From Fibrobacterota bacterium (lineage in GTDB: Bacteria; Fibrobacterota; Chitinivibrionia; Chitinivibrionales; Chitinispirillaceae), in the NCBI GenBank assembly GCA_003164335.1, contig PLTF01000052.1, positions 9,932 to 73,931 on the forward strand: 64,000 nucleotides of DNA. Reading direction: 5' to 3'. Below the pieces are notes generated by a model, which worked only from the letters and a program-made list of their open reading frames with translations, was not told the origin of the DNA and ran no database searches. Of the stretch, positions 8,165 to 17,433 are shown in pieces. The position numbers and the translations under genes are program-made. Position 1 is the first letter of the stretch. Each line of letters starts with the position of its first letter.

Positions 8165-9661
8165 ATGGCATCATTAACTTCAGGGAAAGAAATCTGGTTC
8201 GTAACCGGCAGCCAGCACCTCTATGGTGAGGCGGCAATCAGGCAGGTTGGAGAGAATTCCGAGCAAATTGTCAAATCGTTTTCTCATGCTGCATCGATTC
8301 CGATTCCCGTCGTATTCAAGCCGGTGATGACCACACCCGATGCAATTTATCGTCTTTGCATCGAAGCCAACGCATCCGAGTCCTGTATCGGCATTATCAC
8401 CTGGATGCATACCTTCTCTCCGGCCAAAATGTGGATCCGGGGGTTGCGGCTGCTCAATAAGCCCCTGGCCCATCTCCATACACAGTTCAACAGGGAGCTG
8501 CCGTGGAGCTCCATCGATATGGATTTCATGAACCTGAACCAGGCTGCGCACGGCGACCGGGAGTTCGGTTTCATCTGTGCCAGGATGCGGCTGAAGCGCA
8601 AGGTCATCGTCGGCCACTGGCAGGATAAGGAAGTTCTGGAAAAAATCGGAACCTGGGCGCGCGCCGCATCGGCATGGGCCGACGCGCAGGGGATGCGCAT
8701 TGCCCGGTTCGGCGATAATATGCGGGAGGTCGCGGTGACCGAAGGCGACAAGGTCGAGGCACAGATTAAGCTCGGGTACTCGGTCAACGGATTCGGGGTA
8801 GGGGATCTCGTTGGATTCATCGAAAAGGTATCCGACGCCGAGATTGCCGCTCTTGTAACTACCTACCAGGACCAGTATTCTGTTTCATTCACCGACGCAG
8901 CTCAGAAGAACTCCGTCAAGGAAGCTGCACGAATCGAGATCGGCTTGCGCAATTTCCTCGATGATGGAGGATTCAAGGCGTTTACCACAACCTTTGAAGA
9001 CCTGTACGGATTGGTGCAGCTCCCGGGTCTGGCTGTCCAGCGCCTCATGGCCGACGGCTATGGATTCGGCGCCGAAGGCGACTGGAAAACAGCCGCACTG
9101 GTCCGATCGATGAAGGTGATGGGCGAAGGGCTTGCCGGCGGAACGTCTTTCATGGAAGATTATACCTATGACCTTTCGGCCGGCGATCAGAAAGTGCTGG
9201 GTGCCCATATGCTCGAAGTCTGCCCTTCGATTGCTGAAGGCAAGCCTTCGCTTGAAGTCCATCCCCTCGGCATAGGCGGCAAGGCAGCTCCGGCCCGCCT
9301 CGTATTCAACGGCAGCGCCGGACCGGCAATTGTAGCTTCGCTTATCGATATGGGTAACCGGTTCCGCATGGTGGTCGACGATATTGACGTGGTTGCGCAT
9401 CCACCCATGCCGAAACTGCCGGTTGCGCGGGTCGTCTGGAAGCCGCGCCCGGATTTCCGGACTGCGGCGGCAGCATGGATCCTTGCCGGCGGCGCCCACC
9501 ATAGCGGCTACAGCCGTGCGCTTACCGCAGAGCATATCGAAGATTATACCGAAATAGCGGGCATCGAATTCCTGCATATCAACAAGAATACCTGCATTTC
9601 GGAATTTAAAAAGGAAATCCGGTCAAATGAGGTCTATTACCTTCTTGAATCCGGGAGATAA
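8165..9661 (+). CDS. araA: L-arabinose isomerase
   Basis: 498 aa. Long collinear identity blocks with E. coli AraA ([29 protein letters not shown]...[81 protein letters not shown]). Confidence 0.9.
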   Translation: MASLTSGKEIWFVTGSQHLYGEAAIRQVGENSEQIVKSFSHAASIPIPVVFKPVMTTPDAIYRLCIEANASESCIGIITWMHTFSPAKMWIRGLRLLNKPLAHLHTQFNRELPWSSIDMDFMNLNQAAHGDREFGFICARMRLKRKVIVGHWQDKEVLEKIGTWARAASAWADAQGMRIARFGDNMREVAVTEGDKVEAQIKLGYSVNGFGVGDLVGFIEKVSDAEIAALVTTYQDQYSVSFTDAAQKNSVKEAARIEIGLRNFLDDGGFKAFTTTFEDLYGLVQLPGLAVQRLMADGYGFGAEGDWKTAALVRSMKVMGEGLAGGTSFMEDYTYDLSAGDQKVLGAHMLEVCPSIAEGKPSLEVHPLGIGGKAAPARLVFNGSAGPAIVASLIDMGNRFRMVVDDIDVVAHPPMPKLPVARVVWKPRPDFRTAAAAWILAGGAHHSGYSRALTAEHIEDYTEIAGIEFLHINKNTCISEFKKEIRSNEVYYLLESGR

Positions 9662-9822
9662 GGGCAGCGTGCCGGAAGATCTGGACCGGTATAGAGAGCG
9701 TATTACAAATAAATTATTATCTCTTGAAGCTCCCTGCAGCAAGCCGCGGGGAGCTTCAATAATAAGCTTTTTTACAGCCATTATTCAGCAGAACTCTTAA
9801 AATTACCATTGGAGGAAGTTGT

Positions 9823-12132
9823 ATGAAAATGCGCGGACTTTCGGTACTCATTGTCATCGCGGTTTTGTCTCAAGTTCTCTCGGCGCAGACCAACCTGTAT
9901 TATCCGTCCGGCCGTGCTCCGCTCCTGGCCCCGGCATATGCAGGCTTGCCCTTTGGCGCAGTAAAACCGCTGGGATGGCTGGACAGCCAGCTCGTCATAC
10001 AGAGAAACGGTCTTACCGGCCATATAGACGAACTCAACTATGTGTCGTCCAATAACATAAATTTGACGGCGCTGGCACATCCATCCACGCTGACCTCCTC
10101 AGAATCGGGTTATGAGTACTTGTACCCCTATTATGAAGGGCTGGTAGAACTTGCCTACATTTTAAACGATACCATGCTCCTCAGAAAAGCGGATACCGCA
10201 GTTACTTATTTTCTCGGCAGCGCCGGCAGTAACGGCAACTTTATGGGCGGAATCAAAATAGGTTTCGATCACCTCTGCGCATGCCGGGCCCTGATGGCCT
10301 ATTACGACATGACCAATGACAGCCGGGTAATTCCGTTCCTGACAAATTATTTCCATTATATAAATACCTCAGGGTTCTCCGGTGATAACGATTCGTGGTC
10401 GCTAAACCGGTTGGGAGAGTTTGCGCCGGTTGCCCAATGGCTGTATAATCGTACCGGCGACTCGACGATTCTCAGCGCGGTATCCAAATGGTGTCAGGAC
10501 AGCATAAACAGCTGGGTCAAAAACTACAGCAGTTATGCATGGACGGATTCCGTTAACCCCGAGAACGCGGGCTCACTGTTTGATCATAATGTCAATATGG
10601 GTGAAGCATTCAAATATGCTTTGTACTACCTGCAGAGCAAGAATGCCTCGGACAAGATTCTGGCGGACAGCGCTCTTGCACTCACCGACAAGTATCATGG
10701 CATGGTTGGCGGCAGGTTCGACGCCGACGAACACCTTACCGGGAAACAGCCGACGCGGGGCATGGAACTGTGCGGAGTTACCGAAATGTCTTATTCGATG
10801 GAACAGCTTTTCGAGGGCTTCGGCGAAGTGCCGATTGCGGATCGCGCCGAATACCTGATGTACAATTGCTTTCCGGGAACCAACACCGCGGATATGTGGG
10901 AGCACCAGTATGACCAGCAGGCCAACCAGGTGCTGGTGAACAACGCAACCAGGCCCTGGAACCAGAACACCTCCACATCGAACGAGTATGCGCTGAACCC
11001 TAATTATTCCTGTTGTTTATGCAATCTCCATGCGACATGGCCGCGATTTCTTGAACACCTGTGGATGGCAACGCAGGACAACGGCATGATAGCCGCACTC
11101 TATGGACCCTCCCAGGTTTCATCCCTTGTCGGATCCGACAGCTGCAGTGCGACCATAACCGAAACCACCCAGTACCCCTGGGACGGCACGATGGGCTTCA
11201 AGATCGGCGTTTCGAAAACGGATTCGTTCCCGCTCTATTTCCGGATTCCGTCATGGGAAAGCAATGCATCGATCCAGAGTCCTGCCGGCACTGCCGCTCC
11301 AGCCGCCGGCAGTATTTATAAAATCAGCCGGACCTGGCATACCGGTGACAGCATCACCCTCACCTTTTCAATGGCGATCCGCACCGAATTCCGCGACAGC
11401 AATGCCATTTGCGTGATGCGGGGACCGCTCTGGTATTCCCTCAAAATCGGCGAAACCTGGAAGCAGCTGGCATCACACGGCCAAGGTTCGAGAGACTGGG
11501 AGATCGACCCGAATACGGCATGGAATGTCGCTTTGAAAATCGATCCTACAAGTCCTGCCGGTTCCTTTACCGTGGTCCGCAATCCGATCAGCAGGGTGCC
11601 GTTTGCGCAAATGGGTGAACAGGTCTACCTCCCGGGCGCCACCTCCTTGACCACCTGGACGCAGGATCCTCCGGTGGTTCTGCAGGCGCAGGGCAGGATA
11701 GTGACCAGCTGGACCTATAACACAACCTATCCTGCAAATGCCGATGACCCCCCGAAAAGCCCGCTTGCCTCGACCGTTGCCGGAAGGGATACCACCATTC
11801 AGTTGATTCCCTACGGTTCGGCCAAGCTTCGCGTTACTGAAATGCCCTGGATCAATACGCCCGTCGGGGTGCGTTCCAGCGTCCAGGTGTATAGCGACAA
11901 GGACCTGCAAGTCAATGTCTCCCGAAACGGAAGATGCCTTTTCACGGTTAATTCAGCCGGCCATTTTAACCTGGCGGTGTGCGATATCGCCGGGAGGACC
12001 GTATATCGGCAAAATGCAGATGGCCCGAGGTCTTTTGTGCTGGAAAAAGGCACCGTAGGAATTGGAACGTATATCGTTCACCTTATTTCGGGTAGCCGGC
12101 ACCTGGAGAAAAAGATTCTGATAGCTCAATAG
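9823..12132 (+). CDS. GH127-like (DUF1680) beta-L-arabinofuranosidase family protein with a T9SS type-A C-terminal sorting domain
   Basis: Signal peptide present. The large six-hairpin-glycosidase-like region contains MELCG (a Glu-x-Cys) and NYSCCLCN (a Cys-Cys), consistent with the GH127 Glu/Cys3 zinc site as recalled. The tail is HFNLAVCDIAGRTVYRQ...GTYIVHLISG...KKILIAQ. Confidence 0.55.
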   Translation: MKMRGLSVLIVIAVLSQVLSAQTNLYYPSGRAPLLAPAYAGLPFGAVKPLGWLDSQLVIQRNGLTGHIDELNYVSSNNINLTALAHPSTLTSSESGYEYLYPYYEGLVELAYILNDTMLLRKADTAVTYFLGSAGSNGNFMGGIKIGFDHLCACRALMAYYDMTNDSRVIPFLTNYFHYINTSGFSGDNDSWSLNRLGEFAPVAQWLYNRTGDSTILSAVSKWCQDSINSWVKNYSSYAWTDSVNPENAGSLFDHNVNMGEAFKYALYYLQSKNASDKILADSALALTDKYHGMVGGRFDADEHLTGKQPTRGMELCGVTEMSYSMEQLFEGFGEVPIADRAEYLMYNCFPGTNTADMWEHQYDQQANQVLVNNATRPWNQNTSTSNEYALNPNYSCCLCNLHATWPRFLEHLWMATQDNGMIAALYGPSQVSSLVGSDSCSATITETTQYPWDGTMGFKIGVSKTDSFPLYFRIPSWESNASIQSPAGTAAPAAGSIYKISRTWHTGDSITLTFSMAIRTEFRDSNAICVMRGPLWYSLKIGETWKQLASHGQGSRDWEIDPNTAWNVALKIDPTSPAGSFTVVRNPISRVPFAQMGEQVYLPGATSLTTWTQDPPVVLQAQGRIVTSWTYNTTYPANADDPPKSPLASTVAGRDTTIQLIPYGSAKLRVTEMPWINTPVGVRSSVQVYSDKDLQVNVSRNGRCLFTVNSAGHFNLAVCDIAGRTVYRQNADGPRSFVLEKGTVGIGTYIVHLISGSRHLEKKILIAQ

Positions 12133-12301
12133 GGGCAATCATGACCTCATATGCGGATTTTCATGTTTTTGGTGATTCCGCTAATTATATTACAACATAG
12201 TGACCTTGTGATAGGGACACTATTACTATCAGAAGTTCCTTGTTGAAATCAGATTGAATAAAGTTTTGATACACTCAACAATTTTTCAAAGGAGCAGACG
12301 G

Positions 12302-14503
12302 ATGAACCGTGCTAAAATGGTTTTTCTGCAATGTCGGTTACTATTTTGCGTCATGGCGGTTTTGTTATGGACCGGAAGTGTTCTGGCCCTGAATGCGACT
12401 GATACCATCAATGCTACAGCGTTCTCAGGCCAATCCGGCGTCCTCACTACTGAGGCCTGCTCTGAGGGCGGGATGGACGTGACCTCGATTCAGAATGGCA
12501 CCTATATGTATTTCGACAGTGTGAATTTCGGGAGCAGCGGGATCCAGTGTTTCGAAGCCAGAATCGCCAGCAATGCCGCCTACAGCTTCCCCGGCGGCGG
12601 CTTCATCGCCGTGCATCTCGACTCTCTGAAGGGCCAGCTTGTCACGACCTGCGAAACCAGGCCATGTACGGGAAGCTGGCAGACCTGGTTCACCCGGACC
12701 AGCAGATTGTCCGGTGTTTCAGGAATCCATAACGTTTATCTTGCATTCAGCGGTGGTACCGGCAACCTGTTCAACCTCGAATGGGTCAAATTTCATGGAA
12801 CCCAGACCTATACAACCGCGGGCTGGAGGTTATCCACCTCAGCTGCGCAGGGCAAATGGAACGGGTCCATCGCCTTAACGAGTGCCACCGGTGTTACGCC
12901 GACAGTCACTATTTACAAAGATTCGCTGCAACAGCGGGTCGAAGGGTTCGGAGGAGCGTTCAGCGACATCGGGGCTTATGACGTTGCCCAGCTCTCCTCG
13001 GCGCAGCGCGCGACGGTCATGCGAGAACTGTTCGACCAGAAAACAGGCGCAAAGTTCACCGAGGGCCGCGTTCCGATCGGCATCAGCGACTTTTCGATAA
13101 CCGGCGTGCCCGGAAATTGCCAAAGCACTGCCGCTGACAGTCAAATCAACTGGTCGCTCGACCAGATTCCCACTGCCGACACGGCCACCGTCAAGACCGA
13201 TTACAGCATGCAGTATTTCCGCCTGGCGCACGATTCCGCCTTTAATATGCCTTTTGTCAAAGCAGCCATGCAGGCCAACCCGAACCTCTGTGTTTACGGT
13301 TCGGTCTGGACGCCGCCGACCTGGATGAAATCCAACAAGAACTGGCAGGGCCCGGCGACATGCGCCCAGGACTCTACAACGCTCACCGCATACGCGTTGT
13401 ATATGCGAAAATGGGTCCAAGGCTGGGAAAACGCCGGAATCCCGGTTTATGTGGTGTTCCCGCAGAATGAGCCGAACTGGAATGTTGCGAGTCAACCGGC
13501 CTGCGGCTGGACCGGAGCACAGCTGAGAGACTATACCAAGAAATACCTGGCTCCGGGTTTTATCAACGGCGGCTGCAACGCCGAGGTATGGTTGGGGGAT
13601 TTTTGCTGCAGCAATTTCGCGAGCGATGAGCAGCCGTGTCTCGATGACACCCTTGACCGCAAACTGGTCCGGGGAGTCTCCCCGCACCGGGATACCTATA
13701 CGGAAATGCTGCAGGCCATGGATACCGCCAACAACCAGGACCACCTGTACTGGCACTCGAACCAGGATGAAGCGATGTGCTGGTCGGGCAATAACAGCTG
13801 GTCCGATGCCAACAGCACCATGAGCTATCTTATCGATTATTTTGTAACCGGCCAGTGCAACATCTACAATTACTGGAACACGATTCTCGACAGCAACTGG
13901 AATGAGGGTTTTCTGAATCGCGCGCAGAATTCGATGATAACGGTCAACGTCGGCCCGAAAACGGTCCATTACAATTACGAATTCTACACGATGAAGCAAT
14001 TCAGCTACTATGCCGTTGTGGGCTCCAATGCGATCAAGACCGCCAGTACAAATACCAACGTGGCGGTCTGCGGGTTCAAGAATCCCGACGGTACGATCAT
14101 ATTGGAGGCCCTGAACAATGGAAGTTCGGCGGTTTCATCGGTTATCAAGGTGGATACTTTTGCATTTACGGCTTCGCTGCCCGCATCATCGCAGAACACC
14201 TTCATCCTTGGAAACATGCAGGATACCAGCAACTGGACTCCCGGAACGCCGACAGTTGCGGTCCTGCCGGAGGCGGCACCGCAGGAGCGTTTAATCATAC
14301 CGGCTTCCGGAACCTTTGCCGTTTATGATGTCAGCGGGCGCCTGGTAAAGCTGATCAATCGCCTGTCCTCCAAAACGAATGCCAACAGTGTGATCTGGGA
14401 CCGGACCGATGCGCAAGGCAGGAAAGCAGCCCGGGGCCTTTATTTGATCATGAACAAGTCGGGGAAAAGCAATGTCCTGGTTCAAAAGGTGATTTGTCAG
14501 TAA
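12302..14503 (+). CDS. CBM6-like module plus GH30 glycoside hydrolase with a T9SS type-A C-terminal sorting domain (paralog 1)
   Basis: The N-terminal module NATDTINATAFSG...SIQNGTYMYFDSVNFGS.GIQCFEARIAS..L.WVKFH is CBM6/CBM35-like. The GH30 core carries EGFGGAFSD, RVPIGISDFS and the acid/base VVFPQNEPNW. The tail is GTFAVYDVSGRLVKL...GLYLIMNK...KVICQ. Start set at the ATG 7 nt after AAGGAG; the ORF track begins at 12254. Confidence 0.7.
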   Translation: MNRAKMVFLQCRLLFCVMAVLLWTGSVLALNATDTINATAFSGQSGVLTTEACSEGGMDVTSIQNGTYMYFDSVNFGSSGIQCFEARIASNAAYSFPGGGFIAVHLDSLKGQLVTTCETRPCTGSWQTWFTRTSRLSGVSGIHNVYLAFSGGTGNLFNLEWVKFHGTQTYTTAGWRLSTSAAQGKWNGSIALTSATGVTPTVTIYKDSLQQRVEGFGGAFSDIGAYDVAQLSSAQRATVMRELFDQKTGAKFTEGRVPIGISDFSITGVPGNCQSTAADSQINWSLDQIPTADTATVKTDYSMQYFRLAHDSAFNMPFVKAAMQANPNLCVYGSVWTPPTWMKSNKNWQGPATCAQDSTTLTAYALYMRKWVQGWENAGIPVYVVFPQNEPNWNVASQPACGWTGAQLRDYTKKYLAPGFINGGCNAEVWLGDFCCSNFASDEQPCLDDTLDRKLVRGVSPHRDTYTEMLQAMDTANNQDHLYWHSNQDEAMCWSGNNSWSDANSTMSYLIDYFVTGQCNIYNYWNTILDSNWNEGFLNRAQNSMITVNVGPKTVHYNYEFYTMKQFSYYAVVGSNAIKTASTNTNVAVCGFKNPDGTIILEALNNGSSAVSSVIKVDTFAFTASLPASSQNTFILGNMQDTSNWTPGTPTVAVLPEAAPQERLIIPASGTFAVYDVSGRLVKLINRLSSKTNANSVIWDRTDAQGRKAARGLYLIMNKSGKSNVLVQKVICQ

Positions 14504-14513
14504 AAGAGTAAGT

Positions 14514-14555
14514 TTCTTCAGCTGCGGGTGATAAACATCACCCGCAGCTGAAGAA
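14514..14555 (+). terminator. Perfect 19-bp-stem hairpin 11 nt after the GH30 stop codon (terminator-like; no U tract)
   Basis: TTCTTCAGCTGCGGGTGAT-aaac-ATCACCCGCAGCTGAAGAA. Confidence 0.45.
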
Positions 14556-14694
14556 CTCTTAAATAGTCACCAAAGTACTGGGGGGATTGTAAGGAGTGCA
14601 AACGGAGAAGGGGCGCGAAAGTTTTTTCACTTTAGCTGTAATAGTGTTCTATCACAGTTTCGAATTTAATAAAATAATTTAAGGAGGCGGGAGC

Positions 14695-17121
14695 ATGTTC
14701 ACCAAATTCGGCAAGAGGCACGTCGTACCTATACTGCTGTCATTCTGCATCGCGGCTCCGGTTTTATCCCAGACGACGGTTCTCATTCGGAAAGCATCGT
14801 TCAACCAGGGCTGGAAGTTCCTCAAGAGCGATCCCGGGGTCACTGCGGCCGGGACCGGGTATAGTGACGCATCCTGGGCTGTTGTCAATATTCCGCACTC
14901 GGCTTCCTACGATTCGGCGACATCGCAGTCTTCGACAACGGCTAACGGGGAGCAGAACTATTTTGTGGGAACATGCTGGTATCGGAAAACCTTCACCCTG
15001 CCGGTAACTCCGCAGAAGGTGTTCATAGAGTTTGAGGGGGCCATGCAGGTTGCCGACCTGTTCATCAACGGCGATTCCGTCGGCGAGCATAACAACAGCG
15101 GCTATACCCCTTTTGTCTTCGATATCAGCAATATGGTGCATAGCGGCAGCAATGTGCTGGCGCTCCGACTCAATAACGTGCGATCGGCAAGTATTCCGCC
15201 GGGATGGGCAAATTCCGGGCCCGATTACTACCTGTTCGGCGGCCTGACACGAGCCGTATGGCTCCACTTCAAGGACAGCGTCTATATCCCGGTTTATCAG
15301 CAGCAGGTTATTCCGCAGCCCAATGCCGCGGCCACCAGTTCGCAGCTCCGCGTCAGGACGCCTGTGATGAATGCCTCGGGGTCTGCCCTGAACGCCAAAG
15401 TTACCGTGAACCTGTTCGATGCCTCCAATAATCTGGTCAATACGGATACGGCGACGAAATCGATCCCGTCCGGTACACTCGATACGTTTGATATGACCTC
15501 CACGTCCTTCACCTGCAACCCATGGTCGCCGGCAACGCCCTACATGTATTCGGTAAGTACCGTGGTTTCCGTGGGCGGGGTGACGGTCGACAGCGTTGTT
15601 GAACCGTGCGGTTTCAGGGTTTTTACCTGGACCGTCGCGAATGGATTTTCAATCAACGGAACGCGGACGGAGATCCACGGCATGTGCCTCCATCAAAACC
15701 AGGCCTGGATAGAAAACGCGGTATCGGACGAACGATACTATTACGAAGTGAAATCGATAAAGGCAATGGGAGGCAACAGCATCCGCTGTTCCCACTATCC
15801 GCGAGCCCAGGCTTTTTACAATGCCTGCGATAAACTTGGGATGCTGCTCTATCCCGAGGCGACGAGCTGGGGATGGAGCCTTACTCCCACCGCTGCCTGC
15901 TGGGCAAGAAACGACAGCTGCGTCAAGGAGATGGTGCTCTCCGCAAGGAATCACCCCTGCATATATGCCTGGGGACTGTATAATGAACCCAATGGCGTCA
16001 GCGGCACCGAGCCCGATTTTACTACCTATATAACTGCGGATAATAATACCGCGCACGCACTCGACTCCACCAGACTCACCGCCATGGCTAATAATGGGAC
16101 CTCTCAAAACGCCATAGTCGTTCCCGATGCAATCGGGTGGAACTATTCGCAGGGGAGCACGGTAACCATTAACGGCAAAAGTACCGGCAACCAGCCCTGG
16201 TTCGGCACCGAAGCGCGTGACGGCAACACTTTTGGAACCATGGATTCCCGCGGCAGCCTGATTGACCTTGACACCTCCACTACGTCAAGCAGCGGTAATG
16301 ACATGGACGAATGGAATTCCTTCAGCTTCTCCACCGCTACGAGCGGACACCTGGCGGGCGGACATTTCTGGGAGTACAAGGACCACGGTTCCACCTGGAA
16401 TGTCACTGCGTACGAGGGAGTCGTGGACCGTTTTGACGTGCCGAAGACCATGTACTACTATTTTGGGCACCGATGGAACTCCGCGATGGCAACCGATTAT
16501 CCCCGCCCGGGTACTGCCACGCATATCGACTTCGAGGTCGATACCAGCGTTTTGCCGGCGGACAGTGTCAACGTGTTTCTCCTGACCGCTGCGATGCGGG
16601 ATTCGGCAGGCCGCCAGATATCGTCCGATTCCGGCCAGGTCAAGTTCACGCTCAGCGATGCCACGAAAGGCATCATTTTCGGCGGTAACCTGGTGAAGGC
16701 CTATGGCGGCAAGGCGGCGGCGTTCCTCAGGACCAGCAAATCCGCGGGCTCATTCAGTGTCATCGCATCCTATCCGTCCATTACAACCATTCCGCCGGAT
16801 ACCATCAACCTGATAACGACCGCCGTGTCTCCGGAGGTTTATACCGTGGCGGCTACAAGTGTCATGGGTAGCCGGTCGCAGGTCGTACAGCAGCTTCATC
16901 TGGGGGTGATTTCAGGGACTCGCGGGTTTACTTTCCACTGCCCCGACGAACCCGGACTCCTGAAAATCATTGACATCAATGGAAAGACGGTCTGGTCGAA
17001 GAGCGTCGATAAGAACGCCTCGCTTACGGTCAGCCGAAAGGGATTCGCTGCGGGCCTGCTGTATGCGGAATGGAGCAACGGCAGCAGGCACCTGGTGAAG
17101 TCGCTGCCGAATGCTTATTGA
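14695..17121 (+). CDS. GH2 family glycoside hydrolase (beta-galactosidase/beta-glucuronidase-like) with a T9SS type-A C-terminal sorting domain
   Basis: Signal peptide present. The N-terminal sugar-binding region GWKFLKSD...CWYRKTFTLP is GH2-like, and the acid/base region is NHPCIYAWGLYNEPNG. The tail is FTFHCPDEPGLLKIIDINGKTVW...GLLYAEW. SD AAGGAGG upstream. Confidence 0.65.
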   Translation: MFTKFGKRHVVPILLSFCIAAPVLSQTTVLIRKASFNQGWKFLKSDPGVTAAGTGYSDASWAVVNIPHSASYDSATSQSSTTANGEQNYFVGTCWYRKTFTLPVTPQKVFIEFEGAMQVADLFINGDSVGEHNNSGYTPFVFDISNMVHSGSNVLALRLNNVRSASIPPGWANSGPDYYLFGGLTRAVWLHFKDSVYIPVYQQQVIPQPNAAATSSQLRVRTPVMNASGSALNAKVTVNLFDASNNLVNTDTATKSIPSGTLDTFDMTSTSFTCNPWSPATPYMYSVSTVVSVGGVTVDSVVEPCGFRVFTWTVANGFSINGTRTEIHGMCLHQNQAWIENAVSDERYYYEVKSIKAMGGNSIRCSHYPRAQAFYNACDKLGMLLYPEATSWGWSLTPTAACWARNDSCVKEMVLSARNHPCIYAWGLYNEPNGVSGTEPDFTTYITADNNTAHALDSTRLTAMANNGTSQNAIVVPDAIGWNYSQGSTVTINGKSTGNQPWFGTEARDGNTFGTMDSRGSLIDLDTSTTSSSGNDMDEWNSFSFSTATSGHLAGGHFWEYKDHGSTWNVTAYEGVVDRFDVPKTMYYYFGHRWNSAMATDYPRPGTATHIDFEVDTSVLPADSVNVFLLTAAMRDSAGRQISSDSGQVKFTLSDATKGIIFGGNLVKAYGGKAAAFLRTSKSAGSFSVIASYPSITTIPPDTINLITTAVSPEVYTVAATSVMGSRSQVVQQLHLGVISGTRGFTFHCPDEPGLLKIIDINGKTVWSKSVDKNASLTVSRKGFAAGLLYAEWSNGSRHLVKSLPNAY

Positions 17122-17149
17122 CGGAAAAGGGTGACAGGCTCATTTAAAA

Positions 17150-17178
17150 GGCAGGCGCAATGGAGCGCCTGCCTTTTT
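17150..17178 (+). terminator. Rho-independent terminator after the GH2 gene
   Basis: GGCAGGCGC-aatgga-GCGCCTGCC followed by TTTTT. Confidence 0.6.
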
Positions 17179-17433
17179 GCGTAGCACCGACAGGGCGAAC
17201 CCTTAAGGTCATGCCCAGACAGCGGGGAAGAGAATGAAAAAATCAAGGGAGCCCCCCCTTGGTGCGGGGCAAGATTTTTATACTCTCTTTAAGTTCCCCA
17301 AATTATATTGAAAAGCCATAGTTTATAAACTAAAAGACTGCAAAACTGTAATGGTACACTAATACAATTGGTTTTCAAACCGTGGCTTTAATTGAAAAAG
17401 GATTGATGCTGATTTTTTGAAAGGAGCAAAAAG

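Noticed and set aside
12875-13999. 374-aa ORF on the minus strand
   Set aside because: It is entirely antisense to the CBM6-GH30 gene. It is Arg/Ala/Gly-rich with no start context and is a GC-rich shadow frame.
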